Assembly: GCA_016931965.1 (NCBI GenBank)
Contig: JAFGDT010000049.1
Span: forward strand, 1 to 24,621
Direction: 5' to 3'
Source: a bacterium
GTDB taxonomy: Bacteria > Zhuqueibacterota > QNDG01 > DSAB01
Length of the DNA: 24,621 nucleotides
A program made the position numbers and the translations under genes. Each line of letters starts with the position of its first letter. Position 1 is the stretch's first letter. This document shows, one piece after another, positions 6,429-15,781 of this stretch. The notes beneath the pieces were generated by a model. That model was not told the origin of the DNA. It did not search any database and saw nothing but the letters and a program-made list of their open reading frames with translations.

Positions 6429-9044
6429 ATGGGGAAACAATCACCTCCCAGTACAGGACTCCCGGAAATTGATCAGCTTTTTCAGGGAGTCAGACTGGGA
6501 GACAATATTGTATGGCAGGTCGATTCGATCGACGATTATGTTCATTTTGTTCATCCTTTCTGCCTGGAAGCCAAAAGAGAGAAGCGACCACTGATCTATT
6601 TTCGTTTTGCCGATCATCCATCTGTTCTGCCGAAGAATGTGCAAGAAGAGGTTGTTCAACTGCATCCAGAGGATGGTTTTGAGCTGTTCATTTTTGAGAT
6701 ATTCGATGTCATTGAAAAGTATGGCAAGGGAGCCTGTTATGTCTTTGACAGCTTATCCGATTTAACGGTCGATTGGTACAGCGACCGCATGTTAGGGAAT
6801 TTCTTCATGCTGACCTGTCCCTATCTCTATGATTACGAGACTGTGACTTATTTTGCCATATTGCGAAATCATCACATGGATGTGGCTATTCGTGCTATTC
6901 ATGATACCGCACAGATTGTTCTTGATGTATATAATAATAAAGATACGTTGTATCTTCATCCCCTTAAAGTAGATCAACGGTATTCACCAACGATGTATAT
7001 GTTGCACATTTGGGATAACAATCGGTGTTATCCTGTGACCAGTAGTGTACCCATAGCTGAAATTATGACTTCTCTCCCGCAACCTCAGTTGGGTTTCGCA
7101 TTTCAAAGTGTGGATTATTGGACACGCAGTTTTTCACGGGCAGAATTTCTAGTTGATCAAGTCAAACAGGGGAAAAAGCCAAATAAAGAATATGATGAGG
7201 TCTTTCATCGGATTCTGAGAATGGTAGTGACCCGTGATGACCGTTTGTTTAAATTGGCCAGTCAGTATTTTGACCTTGAAGATCTGATACGCATCGGGAA
7301 GCGGATGGTTGGGACTGGATTGATTGGAGGCAAATCTGCAGGTATGTTGTTAGCACGGGCAATCATCCGTAAATCGGATCATCATTTACAGACAATACTT
7401 GAGGAGCATGATTCATTCTTTATGGGTACAGATGTATTTTATACCTATTTGATTCTGAACAGATGCTGGTGGCAGAGACGTCAAATATTGAGTCAAGAGC
7501 AGAATTTTCAAAATGTCGAGGATGTCCATCAAAAATTATTGAATGGGAAATTTCCAGCCGATATTGTTGAACAATTTAAAAGTCTGCTGAAATATTTCGG
7601 GCAATCGCCGATTATTGTCCGTTCAAGCAGTCTGTTGGAGGATGCTTATGGAAATTCATTCGCCGGAAAATATGAGAGCGTTTTTTGCGTTAATCAAGGA
7701 TCACCAGAAGAAAGATTAGAGAACTTTATTGCGGCTGTTCGCAGGGTGTATGCCAGTACATTGACTCCCGAGGCGCTGGCCTATCGGGCTCATCGAGGGC
7801 TGTTGGACAGTGATGAGCAAATGGCTATATTGGTTCAACGTGTATCCGGTGATAAATATGGTGATTCCTTTTTCCCTCAGGTTGCCGGTGTAGGCTACTC
7901 ATTCAATCCTTATGTCTGGAATGCTTCTATCGATCCCAAAGCAGGTGTGTTGAGAATTGTATTTGGACTGGGTACAAGAGCGGTCAACCGATACGATGAT
8001 GATTATACAAGAGTGGTGGCATTAAACGCACCCGAAAAAAGACCCGAAGCAAATATCGACGAAGCCCGAAGATATGCACAGCAAAAAGTCGAAATTCTCA
8101 ATTTAAAACTGAATCGGATGATCACATGCGGTTTTGAGGACATCATCCAGTCATTGCCTCATTCGCAAATTGGTCTTTTGACATCCAGTGAGGAGAGAAT
8201 GAAAAGCAGAATGGATATGAAAAACAATGGAGAACGATTACCTCATTTTTTAAGTTTTCAGCCGTTGCTGTCACAAACGCGGTTCTTAAACGATATGGGT
8301 CGGATTTTTAAGATATTGGAAGAAGCCTATCAGTATCCCGTGGATATCGAATTCACCCTTAATATCATGGATGATGATGGAACCCAATATCGGATCAATC
8401 TTGTGCAATGCAGGCCTTTTCAGGTCAAACGTGATATCGGTATGATTGTATCGCTCGATCATCTTAATCAGGAAAATATGATTTTCCAGACAGGAGGGCC
8501 CATTATCGGCAACAGTCGTATCACCTCTATCGATCGGTTAATATTCGTTGTTCCATCCGCTTACAGTCAACTCAATCCCGGCGATCGCTATTCAATCGCA
8601 CGGCTGATTGGAAGATTGACCCATATACAAACCCATGGCGAGGGAAAAATATTGCTCCTCGGTCCTGGTCGGTGGGGAACAGAGATGCCGTCATTGGGCG
8701 TGCCTGTCGCTTTTTCAGACATCAATACCGTCTCTATTTTATGTGAGATTGCCGTGATGCATGAAGGTCTCGTACCGGACGTATCCCTGGGGACCCATTT
8801 TTTCAACGATCTGGTTGAAATGGATATTCAATACTGCGCAGTCTATCCCGGTCAGAAAGGTCATGATATGAATTTACGGTTGTTGATGCAATTACCCAAT
8901 AGCCTGCTTGACCTGTTACCCGATGCCATTCCATGGAAAGAAACGGTCAAAGTGGTTGAACCAGATGGGAATGATGATATGATTTATATCCATATTGATT
9001 CGATGTCACAACAGGCAATTTGTTATTTAAAAAAAGTTGGATAA
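6429..9044 (+). CDS. 871-aa multidomain protein. N-terminal ~290 aa resemble a RecA/KaiC-like fold without a Walker A motif. Central ~360 aa are a PPDK_N / PEP-synthase-type ATP-grasp nucleotide-binding domain. The C-terminal ~200 aa are of unknown function. No phosphohistidine swivel motif.
   Basis: Central motifs line up with the PpsA/PPDK N-terminal domain: GLIGGKSAG (VGGKNASLGEM), IVRSSSLLEDAYGNSFAGKYESV (AVRSSATAEDMPDASFAGQQETF), IVFGLGTRAVN, PVDIEFTL...INLVQCRPFQV (PMDIEWAK...LFIVQARPETV). N-terminus GLPEIDQLFQGVRLGDNIVWQVDS mimics the KaiC/RadA GIPGLDELLGGGLPRGS..LISGPPGTGKT pattern, but GKT/S is absent. The stop of flotillin lies 20 nt before the start. Confidence 0.8.
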   Translation: MGKQSPPSTGLPEIDQLFQGVRLGDNIVWQVDSIDDYVHFVHPFCLEAKREKRPLIYFRFADHPSVLPKNVQEEVVQLHPEDGFELFIFEIFDVIEKYGKGACYVFDSLSDLTVDWYSDRMLGNFFMLTCPYLYDYETVTYFAILRNHHMDVAIRAIHDTAQIVLDVYNNKDTLYLHPLKVDQRYSPTMYMLHIWDNNRCYPVTSSVPIAEIMTSLPQPQLGFAFQSVDYWTRSFSRAEFLVDQVKQGKKPNKEYDEVFHRILRMVVTRDDRLFKLASQYFDLEDLIRIGKRMVGTGLIGGKSAGMLLARAIIRKSDHHLQTILEEHDSFFMGTDVFYTYLILNRCWWQRRQILSQEQNFQNVEDVHQKLLNGKFPADIVEQFKSLLKYFGQSPIIVRSSSLLEDAYGNSFAGKYESVFCVNQGSPEERLENFIAAVRRVYASTLTPEALAYRAHRGLLDSDEQMAILVQRVSGDKYGDSFFPQVAGVGYSFNPYVWNASIDPKAGVLRIVFGLGTRAVNRYDDDYTRVVALNAPEKRPEANIDEARRYAQQKVEILNLKLNRMITCGFEDIIQSLPHSQIGLLTSSEERMKSRMDMKNNGERLPHFLSFQPLLSQTRFLNDMGRIFKILEEAYQYPVDIEFTLNIMDDDGTQYRINLVQCRPFQVKRDIGMIVSLDHLNQENMIFQTGGPIIGNSRITSIDRLIFVVPSAYSQLNPGDRYSIARLIGRLTHIQTHGEGKILLLGPGRWGTEMPSLGVPVAFSDINTVSILCEIAVMHEGLVPDVSLGTHFFNDLVEMDIQYCAVYPGQKGHDMNLRLLMQLPNSLLDLLPDAIPWKETVKVVEPDGNDDMIYIHIDSMSQQAICYLKKVG

Positions 9045-9140
9045 AGGGCATTATCCCGTTCACAGCTCAATTTGTTTGATAAAAATCATACAATAATGTT
9101 ATATTATTTTATATATAATACATAATTGTTATAGTGTTTA

Positions 9141-9210
9141 ATCATTTCATCTGTTTCAAAGAGAATGTGTTTGGTATGTATATCGGTTCTGATTGTGTAG
9201 ATGAAATGAT
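9141..9210. repeat. Perfect 12-bp inverted repeat ATCATTTCATCT ... AGATGAAATGAT separated by 46 nt, in the AT-rich 500-bp spacer upstream of tRNA-Asn.
   Basis: Read directly: 9141-9152 is the exact reverse complement of 9199-9210. Confidence 0.4.
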
Positions 9211-9495
9211 CTTCAATTGCGATGTCTATCCTCATTTTCAGTCGCCTGTATTTCTGTTTTAAAACTTATATTTGTGAAAAACCCTGCAAGTTAGAATAAC
9301 CTGAAGATTCATTTGATAAAATATAACTCATACAATATTGTCAGGAAAATTACTATATAATACGAAATTGTATGTTATTAAGCAAATGACTTTCTCTTGT
9401 GCAAGTTTCGAGTAAGATCCATAATTGTGTCTAATCCTAAGTTATTTATGAAAATGGATATCTTCATATGAAAAAATAAAAAAATAGGATTTTTA

Positions 9496-9511
9496 TGGTA
9501 CGACTATTGCC
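9496..9511 (+). promoter_or_regulatory. Sigma-54-type -24/-12 promoter candidate TGGTAC-N5-TTGCC, immediately upstream of tRNA-Asn and glnA2.
   Basis: Sequence TGGTACgactaTTGCC: GG at 9497-9498 and GC at 9509-9510, 12-nt spacing. Same TTGCC -12 element as the promoter at 187. Predicted TSS about 20 nt before the tRNA. Confidence 0.4.
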
Positions 9512-9541
9512 ATTGTATATTTGGATTCTTTTTGAACACTT

Positions 9542-9614
9542 TGGGGCGTAGCATAGCTGGCAATGCACCTGGCTGTTAACCAGGCTATCGTAGGTTCGAA
9601 TCCTACCGCCCCAG
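9542..9614 (+). tRNA. tRNA-Asn, anticodon GTT.
   Basis: Cloverleaf folded by hand. Acceptor TGGGGCG/CGCCCCA (7 bp). D-stem GCAT/ATGC with loop AGCTGGCA. Anticodon stem CCTGG/CCAGG with loop CTGTTAA (GTT). Variable loop CTATC. T-stem GTAGG/CCTAC with GGTTCGAATCC-type loop TTCGAAT. Discriminator G. No encoded CCA. Confidence 0.9.
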
Positions 9615-9664
9615 CAACAGCAAAACAGTTCATCAATGTCGTGTCAAACTGAAAAGGATAGAAT

Positions 9665-11083
9665 ATGAAAACACCAAAAGATTTTTTTGAATATGCCAGC
9701 AAACATGGTGCGGAAATGGTCGATCTGAAGTTTGTTGATCTGCTCGGATCCTGGCAGCACTGCACTTTTCCCATTGAAACGTGGGATGATGATACGTTCA
9801 AGGTTGGGGTTGGTTTTGACGGCTCATCTATACGTGGATGGCAGGGTATTCATATGTCCGATATGCTGGCAGTGCCCGATGCGGTTACAACCTGTCTTGA
9901 TCCATTTTTTGCTAAACCGACGGTTAGTGTGATTGCCAATATTGTCGATCCGATTACGATGGAAGATTACACGAGAGACCCGCGTCATGTAGCGCGCAAA
10001 GGTATTAACTATTTGAAAAAAACAGGCATAGCGGATAACTGTTATGTCGGGCCAGAACCAGAGTTTTTCATTTTTGACGAGATCCGCTACGAACAAAAAC
10101 AAAATATCGGCTTTTATCAAATTGATTCGGTCGAAGGGGCCTGGAATACCAATCGTATTGAGGAACCCAATCTGGGATATAAGCCGAGTTATAAAGGTGG
10201 ATATTTTCCCGTCAGTCCAACAGATACGTATCATGATCTCCGCGGTGAAATGGTCTATGAACTCCGAAAGGTTAATATTGTTGTTGAAGCCCATCATCAC
10301 GAGGTGGGAACCGGGGGACAGGCGGAAATCGATATGAAATATGCCGAGCTGGTCAAGATGGCCGATCAGTTCATGTGGTATAAATATATTGTCAAGAATG
10401 TGGCCAAACGAGCGGGAAAAACCGTAACCTTCATGCCCAAACCGATTTTTGAAGACAATGGCAGTGGCATGCATACCCATTTTTCTCTGTGGAAAGCGGG
10501 AAAACCTCTTTTTTCAGACAGTAGGGGTTATGGGGGGTTGAGCAAACTGGCACTTCATGCCATTGGGGGTGTGTTGAAACATGCACCAGCGATACTGGCT
10601 TTTGCGGCTCCAGGCACCAATTCCTATCGCCGTCTGGTGCCCGGTTTTGAAGCACCTGTCAATCTGGTGATGTCTCAAAGAAATCGCTCTGCCGCTGTTC
10701 GCATTCCCATGTATCATACCAATCCAAAAACAAAGCGGTTCGAATTCCGGTGTCCGGATCCCAGTGCAAACGGTTATCTGGCATTTACCGCATTGCTTAT
10801 GGCGGTCATTGACGGTATTCAAAATAAAATCGATCCCGGTGAACCTCTGGATCGCGATATCTATGAGATGTCTGCTGAGGAACTGACGAAGTATCCAAAA
10901 GTACCTGGGTCGCTTGAAGAAGCATTGAAGGCTCTGAAGGAGGACCATGCTTTTCTGACCGAAGGGGGCGTTTTTACCGATGATTTAATTGAAGCGTGGA
11001 TCAAATATAAAACTGAATTTGAGATTGAGCCATTGACTTTACGACCCCATCCATACGAATTCGAATTGTATTACGATAGTTAA
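9665..11083 (+). CDS. glnA: Glutamine synthetase type I, second paralogue, 472 aa.
   Basis: Same motif set as the first copy ([77 protein letters not shown]), roughly 60% identical to it by eye. Tyr in [10 protein letters not shown]. Confidence 0.92.
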   Translation: MKTPKDFFEYASKHGAEMVDLKFVDLLGSWQHCTFPIETWDDDTFKVGVGFDGSSIRGWQGIHMSDMLAVPDAVTTCLDPFFAKPTVSVIANIVDPITMEDYTRDPRHVARKGINYLKKTGIADNCYVGPEPEFFIFDEIRYEQKQNIGFYQIDSVEGAWNTNRIEEPNLGYKPSYKGGYFPVSPTDTYHDLRGEMVYELRKVNIVVEAHHHEVGTGGQAEIDMKYAELVKMADQFMWYKYIVKNVAKRAGKTVTFMPKPIFEDNGSGMHTHFSLWKAGKPLFSDSRGYGGLSKLALHAIGGVLKHAPAILAFAAPGTNSYRRLVPGFEAPVNLVMSQRNRSAAVRIPMYHTNPKTKRFEFRCPDPSANGYLAFTALLMAVIDGIQNKIDPGEPLDRDIYEMSAEELTKYPKVPGSLEEALKALKEDHAFLTEGGVFTDDLIEAWIKYKTEFEIEPLTLRPHPYEFELYYDS

Positions 11084-11134
11084 TGATATTTTGAGTATCC
11101 GCTTATTTGTTGGAATTTTGTGTTACACCTGTCA

Positions 11135-11150
11135 TGGTTTCTCCTCTGCA
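11135..11150 (+). promoter_or_regulatory. Weaker sigma-54-like -24/-12 candidate TGGTTT-N5-CTGCA upstream of gltB.
   Basis: GG at 11136-11137 and GC at 11148-11149 (12-nt spacing). -24 matches TGG only; -12 matches 4 of 5. Confidence 0.25.
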
Positions 11151-11203
11151 ATTGAATCATGAGATGAGGGGGTGACGGGTGTTGTTATTTTAATGATCAA
11201 GGG

Positions 11204-14200
11204 ATGATGAATAAAAAGAATAAAATGGGTTTTCAGCGAAATGCGGCAGGATTCCCTGAAAAGGAGGGTCTGTATGATCCTGCATTCGAGCATGAGAGCT
11301 GCGGGATCGGGTTTGTCGTCCGAATCGATGGTATCCCCCGGCATGCCATTGTGAAGAATGGCATTCAAATCTTGATCAATCTTGAGCATCGGGGTGCCGT
11401 CGGGGGAGATAAATCCACGGGAGACGGTGCGGGCATTTTGGTTCAGATTCCGGACCGATTTTTTCGAAAAACATTTCAGGGAATTGTACTGCCTGATGCG
11501 GGTCATTATGCAGTGGGTATGGTTTTTCTCCCTTCTGATTCCGGATTGGCCCAAAATTGTATCGAGATTTTCAATCACATCGTTCAAGATGAGGGATGCC
11601 AGGTTTTGGCTTGGCGGGAAGTTCCTGTGCAACATCAACATTTGGGAAGACTTGCACGGACAACCGAACCCTGTATCCAGCAGGTTTTTATTCATCGCAA
11701 AGACATCGACAAATCTCTTTTTGAAAGAAAACTGTATGTGATTCGGCGCCGGATCGAAAAGCGAATCTCTGAAATGCAGGGTATCGATTTCAGTCAATTT
11801 TATATCGTTAGTCTTTCCAGCCAAACGCTGATTTATAAAGGGCTTTTGACGGGTACCCAACTGGCCCACTATTATCCCGATCTGCAGAATGAACATTTTA
11901 TTAGTGCTTTTTCAATGGTTCATCAGCGGTACAGCACCAACACAATGCCGACATGGAATCTGGCGCAGCCTTTTCGTTTTTTAGCACACAATGGTGAAAT
12001 CAATACCCTTCGAGGAAATATAAATCGGATGAAAGCCAGAGAGCCTAACATGCAATCGAGGCTTTTTGGAAATGATATTGAAAAAATCAAGCCGGTCATT
12101 GTTGAAGGAGGGAGTGACTCGGCGGTATTTGATAATGTGCTGGAATTGATGGTTATGGGGGGACGGTCCCTGCCGCATGCCATGATGATGATGGTGCCAG
12201 AAGCTTTTGCATCCGGCATCCAGATGAGCGAAGACAAGCGGGCTTTTTATGAATTTCATTCCGCTATCATGGAGCCGTGGGATGGTCCAGCCGCACTGGT
12301 TTTCTCCGATGGTCGATATGTCGGCGCCACCTTAGATCGAAACGGTCTCAGACCTGCCCGTTATACAATCACAAAAGACGGTATGATTGTGATGGCCTCC
12401 GAAGCGGGTGTTCTCGATTTTCCGGGCGAGCAGATTCGGAACCGGGGTCGTTTACAACCCGGCAAGATGTTTCTCGTCGATCTGCAACAAAGAAGAATTG
12501 TTCCGGACAATGAAATTAAGGCGAAAATATCCCGTCAGCGTCCCTATAGAAGATGGGTTCGGGATAAAAGCATTGCGCTCCGCGGTCTGTTTACGCCTTC
12601 CCGTATCCCTGCCATCGATCCGGAACAACTGTTGCGGAAACAGCACGTGTTCGGATACACGGACGAAGAGCTGCGCATGGTGATCAGCCCGATGGCCTCA
12701 CGGGGTCAGGAGCCGATCGGGTCGATGGGGAACGATACTGCGCTGGCCATCCTTTCCCATCGTCCTCAATTGCTCTACCACTATTTTAAACAGCTTTTTG
12801 CTCAGGTCACCAATCCTCCTATCGATCCTTTGCGGGAAGAGCTGGTCATGTCGCTGGAGAGCTTTTTGGGGCGGGAGAAGAATTTTTTAGACGAAACGCC
12901 GGATCAGTATCGGGGATTAAAATTGAGCCATCCGATTCTGACCATACGAGATATGATGCGCATGCGGGATGCTGATCATCCTGAAATCATTTTAAAGGAT
13001 ATCGATATACTGTTTCCGGCTGAAGGCAATGGTGAAGCGCTGGAAAAAGCCCTTTTGTCTATTTTCCGAAAAGCCGAACAGCATATCACAGATGGTGCAA
13101 CCCTTCTCGTTCTCACCGATCAAAAGGCGGATGAAGATCATGTGCCTGTTCCTTCACTACTGGCCACCTCGGGTCTTCATCACTATTTATTAAATAGAGG
13201 ATTGAGAACATCCGCTGGTATCATCGTTGAAACAAGCGAAGCCAGAGAGATTATGCATTTTGCCTTATTGATTGGTTACGGAGCTGACGGTATCTGTCCC
13301 TATCTGGCTTTTCAAACCATTCGACAGATGGCCGAATCCCACCTGCTTGAAAAGGAATCCACGCCAGAGGATGCCATGGACAATTACATGACGTCGGTCA
13401 AAAAGGGTTTGTTGAAGACATTTAGCAGAATGGGCATCTCGACTGTCCACAGTTTTTTTGGAGCGCAGACATTTGAGGCTGTAGGGTTGGGTTCGGATCT
13501 GGTGAATCGGTATTTTTGCGGCACAGTATCCCGTGTCGAGGGTATCGGGCTGGAAGAAATCGCGAGGGAGGCGGTTGAGCGTCATCGTCAAGGGTATCCG
13601 AATGATAGACCGGTTCAAAAACTGTTGGATGTTGGGGGCGCTTATCATATTCGACAGGGAGGAGAAAAACATCTCTGGAGTCCAGAATCGATTTACAAAT
13701 TCCAGATGGCGACACGAGCAAACGATTATCATGTCTTCAAAGAATATACACATTTGATTGATGATCAATCCCGTGAGCGGGTTACGCTCAGGAGTCTCTT
13801 TCGGTTTAAGAAGCGCAAATCCATACCGATTGGTGAGGTCGAGTCCGTCGAATCGATTGTCACCCGGTTTTCTTCTGCCGCCATGTCTTTTGGATCAATC
13901 AGCCCGGAAACGCACGAGACGATCGCCATTGCCATGAATCGTCTGCATGCATGGAGCAATTCCGGCGAGGGAGGAGAGGATCCGCAACGGTATATTCTCC
14001 TATCCAACGGAGACAACAGACGATCGCGGATTAAGCAGGTCGCTTCTGGACGATTTGGCGTCACCACGGAGTATCTTGTCAATGCCGATGAGCTTCAGAT
14101 TAAGATTGCGCAGGGGGCGAAACCGGGTGAAGGGGGTCAGCTTCCCGGCCATAAGGTGAGTGAGGAGATTGCCCGGGTGCGTCATACCACTCCGGGTGTC

Positions 14201-15781
14201 ACACTGATCTCACCTCCACCTCATCATGATATCTATTCGATTGAAGACCTGGCCCAACTGATTTATGATTTGAAAGAGGTGAATCCGCAGGCCCGCGTCT
14301 CTGTAAAGCTGGTATCGGAAGTGGGCGTGGGTACCATTGCCACTGGCGTGGCCAAGGCCAACGCCGATATGGTCCTCATTTCCGGACATGACGGGGGCAC
14401 CGGTGCCTCACCGCTTACGGCTATCAAGCATGCCGGTCTGCCCTGGGAACTGGGTCTGGCCGAGACTCATCAAACACTTATCGGAAACCATCTTCGTGAT
14501 CGTATTTGCGTTCAGGTTGATGGGCAACTTAAAACCGGACGTGATCTGATCATCGCAGCGCTTCTGGGTGCTGAAGAATTCGGATTTGGATCGACGATTC
14601 TCGTGACACTGGGCTGCGTGATGATGCGGAAATGTCATTTGAATACCTGTTCTGTCGGTGTCGCCACGCAGGATCCAAAATTGCGCAGCCGGTTTGCGGG
14701 GAAGCCGGAATATGTGGAAAGATTTTTAAGATTCATCGCTCAGGAATTGCGTGAATATATGGCTCAGCTCGGATTCCGCACGGTTGACGAACTGGTCGGG
14801 CGTGTCGATGTTCTTGATTTTAAGCCGGCGATTGAACACTGGAAATCGAGCCGGCTCAATCTCGAATCCATACTCCATTCGCATACTCAAAGAAAAAAGG
14901 AATCGCTTCACTGTCTGAAAGAGAAAAGTCGAAACGAGGTTACTGATTTTCATCGTGAGCTTGCTGAGAAAGTAAAACCAGCAGTTGAAAATAAAGAAAA
15001 AGTACATATTGAAATGGATATTCGCAATGTCCATCGCACCGTTGGGGCTGCAGTGAGCGGACAGATCGTAAAGAAATTCGGCGCAGGTGGGCTATCCGAA
15101 GATACGATTCAAATGATTTTTCGAGGATCGGCTGGTCAGAGTTTTGGCGCATTTCTGGCGCCGGGTATTTCCATGCGGATTGAAGGTGAAGTAAATGATT
15201 ATATGGGTAAGGGGATGTCGGGTGGACGCATTGTTCTGGTTCCACCCCGTGGAGCTACTTTTGTTCCCTGTGAAAATATTATTTGCGGCAATGTGGTGCT
15301 TTACGGTGCAACCGGAGGAGAGGTGTACATCAATGGTATTGCGGGAGAACGTTTTGCCGTTCGTAACAGCGGAGCTCTTGCCGTGGTTGAAGGATTGGGG
15401 GATCACGGGTGTGAATATATGACCGGCGGGATTGTCGTGGTGATCGGTCCGACCGGAAAAAATTTCGCAGCCGGTATGAGCGGCGGGATTGCTTATGTGT
15501 ATGATGAGACGGAATTGTTTGATACGAAATGCAATCTCGACATGGTGGATCTGGAAAGCGTGTGGAATCAAGAAGACCGACAGCAACTCAGATCCATGCT
15601 GGAAAATCATGTCCGTTTTACGGGAAGTCCGAGAGCGAAAATGATTCTGGATAGCTGGGAGGCCCGTTTGCCCCTCTTTGTAAAGGTCATGCCGATTGAT
15701 TATCGAAAGGCGCTTATGCGAATCCGTATGAAGGAGGACAGAGACCGCATCACGGTTTCTGCAACTGAAGAGGTTTTTTGA
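11204..15781 (+). CDS. gltB: Glutamate synthase (GOGAT) large subunit, 1525 aa.
   Basis: Roughly 32-aa propeptide before the catalytic N-terminal Cys (FEHES|CGIGF) of the Ntn-amidotransferase domain. FMN/Fe-S central domain. C-terminal GXGXG beta-helix domain (GGIVVVIGPTGKNFAAGMSGGIAYV). Immediately followed by gltD. Confidence 0.95.
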   Translation: MMNKKNKMGFQRNAAGFPEKEGLYDPAFEHESCGIGFVVRIDGIPRHAIVKNGIQILINLEHRGAVGGDKSTGDGAGILVQIPDRFFRKTFQGIVLPDAGHYAVGMVFLPSDSGLAQNCIEIFNHIVQDEGCQVLAWREVPVQHQHLGRLARTTEPCIQQVFIHRKDIDKSLFERKLYVIRRRIEKRISEMQGIDFSQFYIVSLSSQTLIYKGLLTGTQLAHYYPDLQNEHFISAFSMVHQRYSTNTMPTWNLAQPFRFLAHNGEINTLRGNINRMKAREPNMQSRLFGNDIEKIKPVIVEGGSDSAVFDNVLELMVMGGRSLPHAMMMMVPEAFASGIQMSEDKRAFYEFHSAIMEPWDGPAALVFSDGRYVGATLDRNGLRPARYTITKDGMIVMASEAGVLDFPGEQIRNRGRLQPGKMFLVDLQQRRIVPDNEIKAKISRQRPYRRWVRDKSIALRGLFTPSRIPAIDPEQLLRKQHVFGYTDEELRMVISPMASRGQEPIGSMGNDTALAILSHRPQLLYHYFKQLFAQVTNPPIDPLREELVMSLESFLGREKNFLDETPDQYRGLKLSHPILTIRDMMRMRDADHPEIILKDIDILFPAEGNGEALEKALLSIFRKAEQHITDGATLLVLTDQKADEDHVPVPSLLATSGLHHYLLNRGLRTSAGIIVETSEAREIMHFALLIGYGADGICPYLAFQTIRQMAESHLLEKESTPEDAMDNYMTSVKKGLLKTFSRMGISTVHSFFGAQTFEAVGLGSDLVNRYFCGTVSRVEGIGLEEIAREAVERHRQGYPNDRPVQKLLDVGGAYHIRQGGEKHLWSPESIYKFQMATRANDYHVFKEYTHLIDDQSRERVTLRSLFRFKKRKSIPIGEVESVESIVTRFSSAAMSFGSISPETHETIAIAMNRLHAWSNSGEGGEDPQRYILLSNGDNRRSRIKQVASGRFGVTTEYLVNADELQIKIAQGAKPGEGGQLPGHKVSEEIARVRHTTPGVTLISPPPHHDIYSIEDLAQLIYDLKEVNPQARVSVKLVSEVGVGTIATGVAKANADMVLISGHDGGTGASPLTAIKHAGLPWELGLAETHQTLIGNHLRDRICVQVDGQLKTGRDLIIAALLGAEEFGFGSTILVTLGCVMMRKCHLNTCSVGVATQDPKLRSRFAGKPEYVERFLRFIAQELREYMAQLGFRTVDELVGRVDVLDFKPAIEHWKSSRLNLESILHSHTQRKKESLHCLKEKSRNEVTDFHRELAEKVKPAVENKEKVHIEMDIRNVHRTVGAAVSGQIVKKFGAGGLSEDTIQMIFRGSAGQSFGAFLAPGISMRIEGEVNDYMGKGMSGGRIVLVPPRGATFVPCENIICGNVVLYGATGGEVYINGIAGERFAVRNSGALAVVEGLGDHGCEYMTGGIVVVIGPTGKNFAAGMSGGIAYVYDETELFDTKCNLDMVDLESVWNQEDRQQLRSMLENHVRFTGSPRAKMILDSWEARLPLFVKVMPIDYRKALMRIRMKEDRDRITVSATEEVF

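Noticed and set aside
9493-9801. 102-aa ORF on the - strand spanning tRNA-Asn and the glnA2 start
   Set aside because: It overlaps a confidently folded tRNA and the N-terminus of glnA2, so it is a spurious antisense frame.
11132-15610. Numerous antisense or off-frame ORFs within gltB (11132-11896 -, 13265-13768 -, 15092-15610 -, and others)
   Set aside because: gltB is a long gene, so random open frames on other strands are expected. None has a domain signature.
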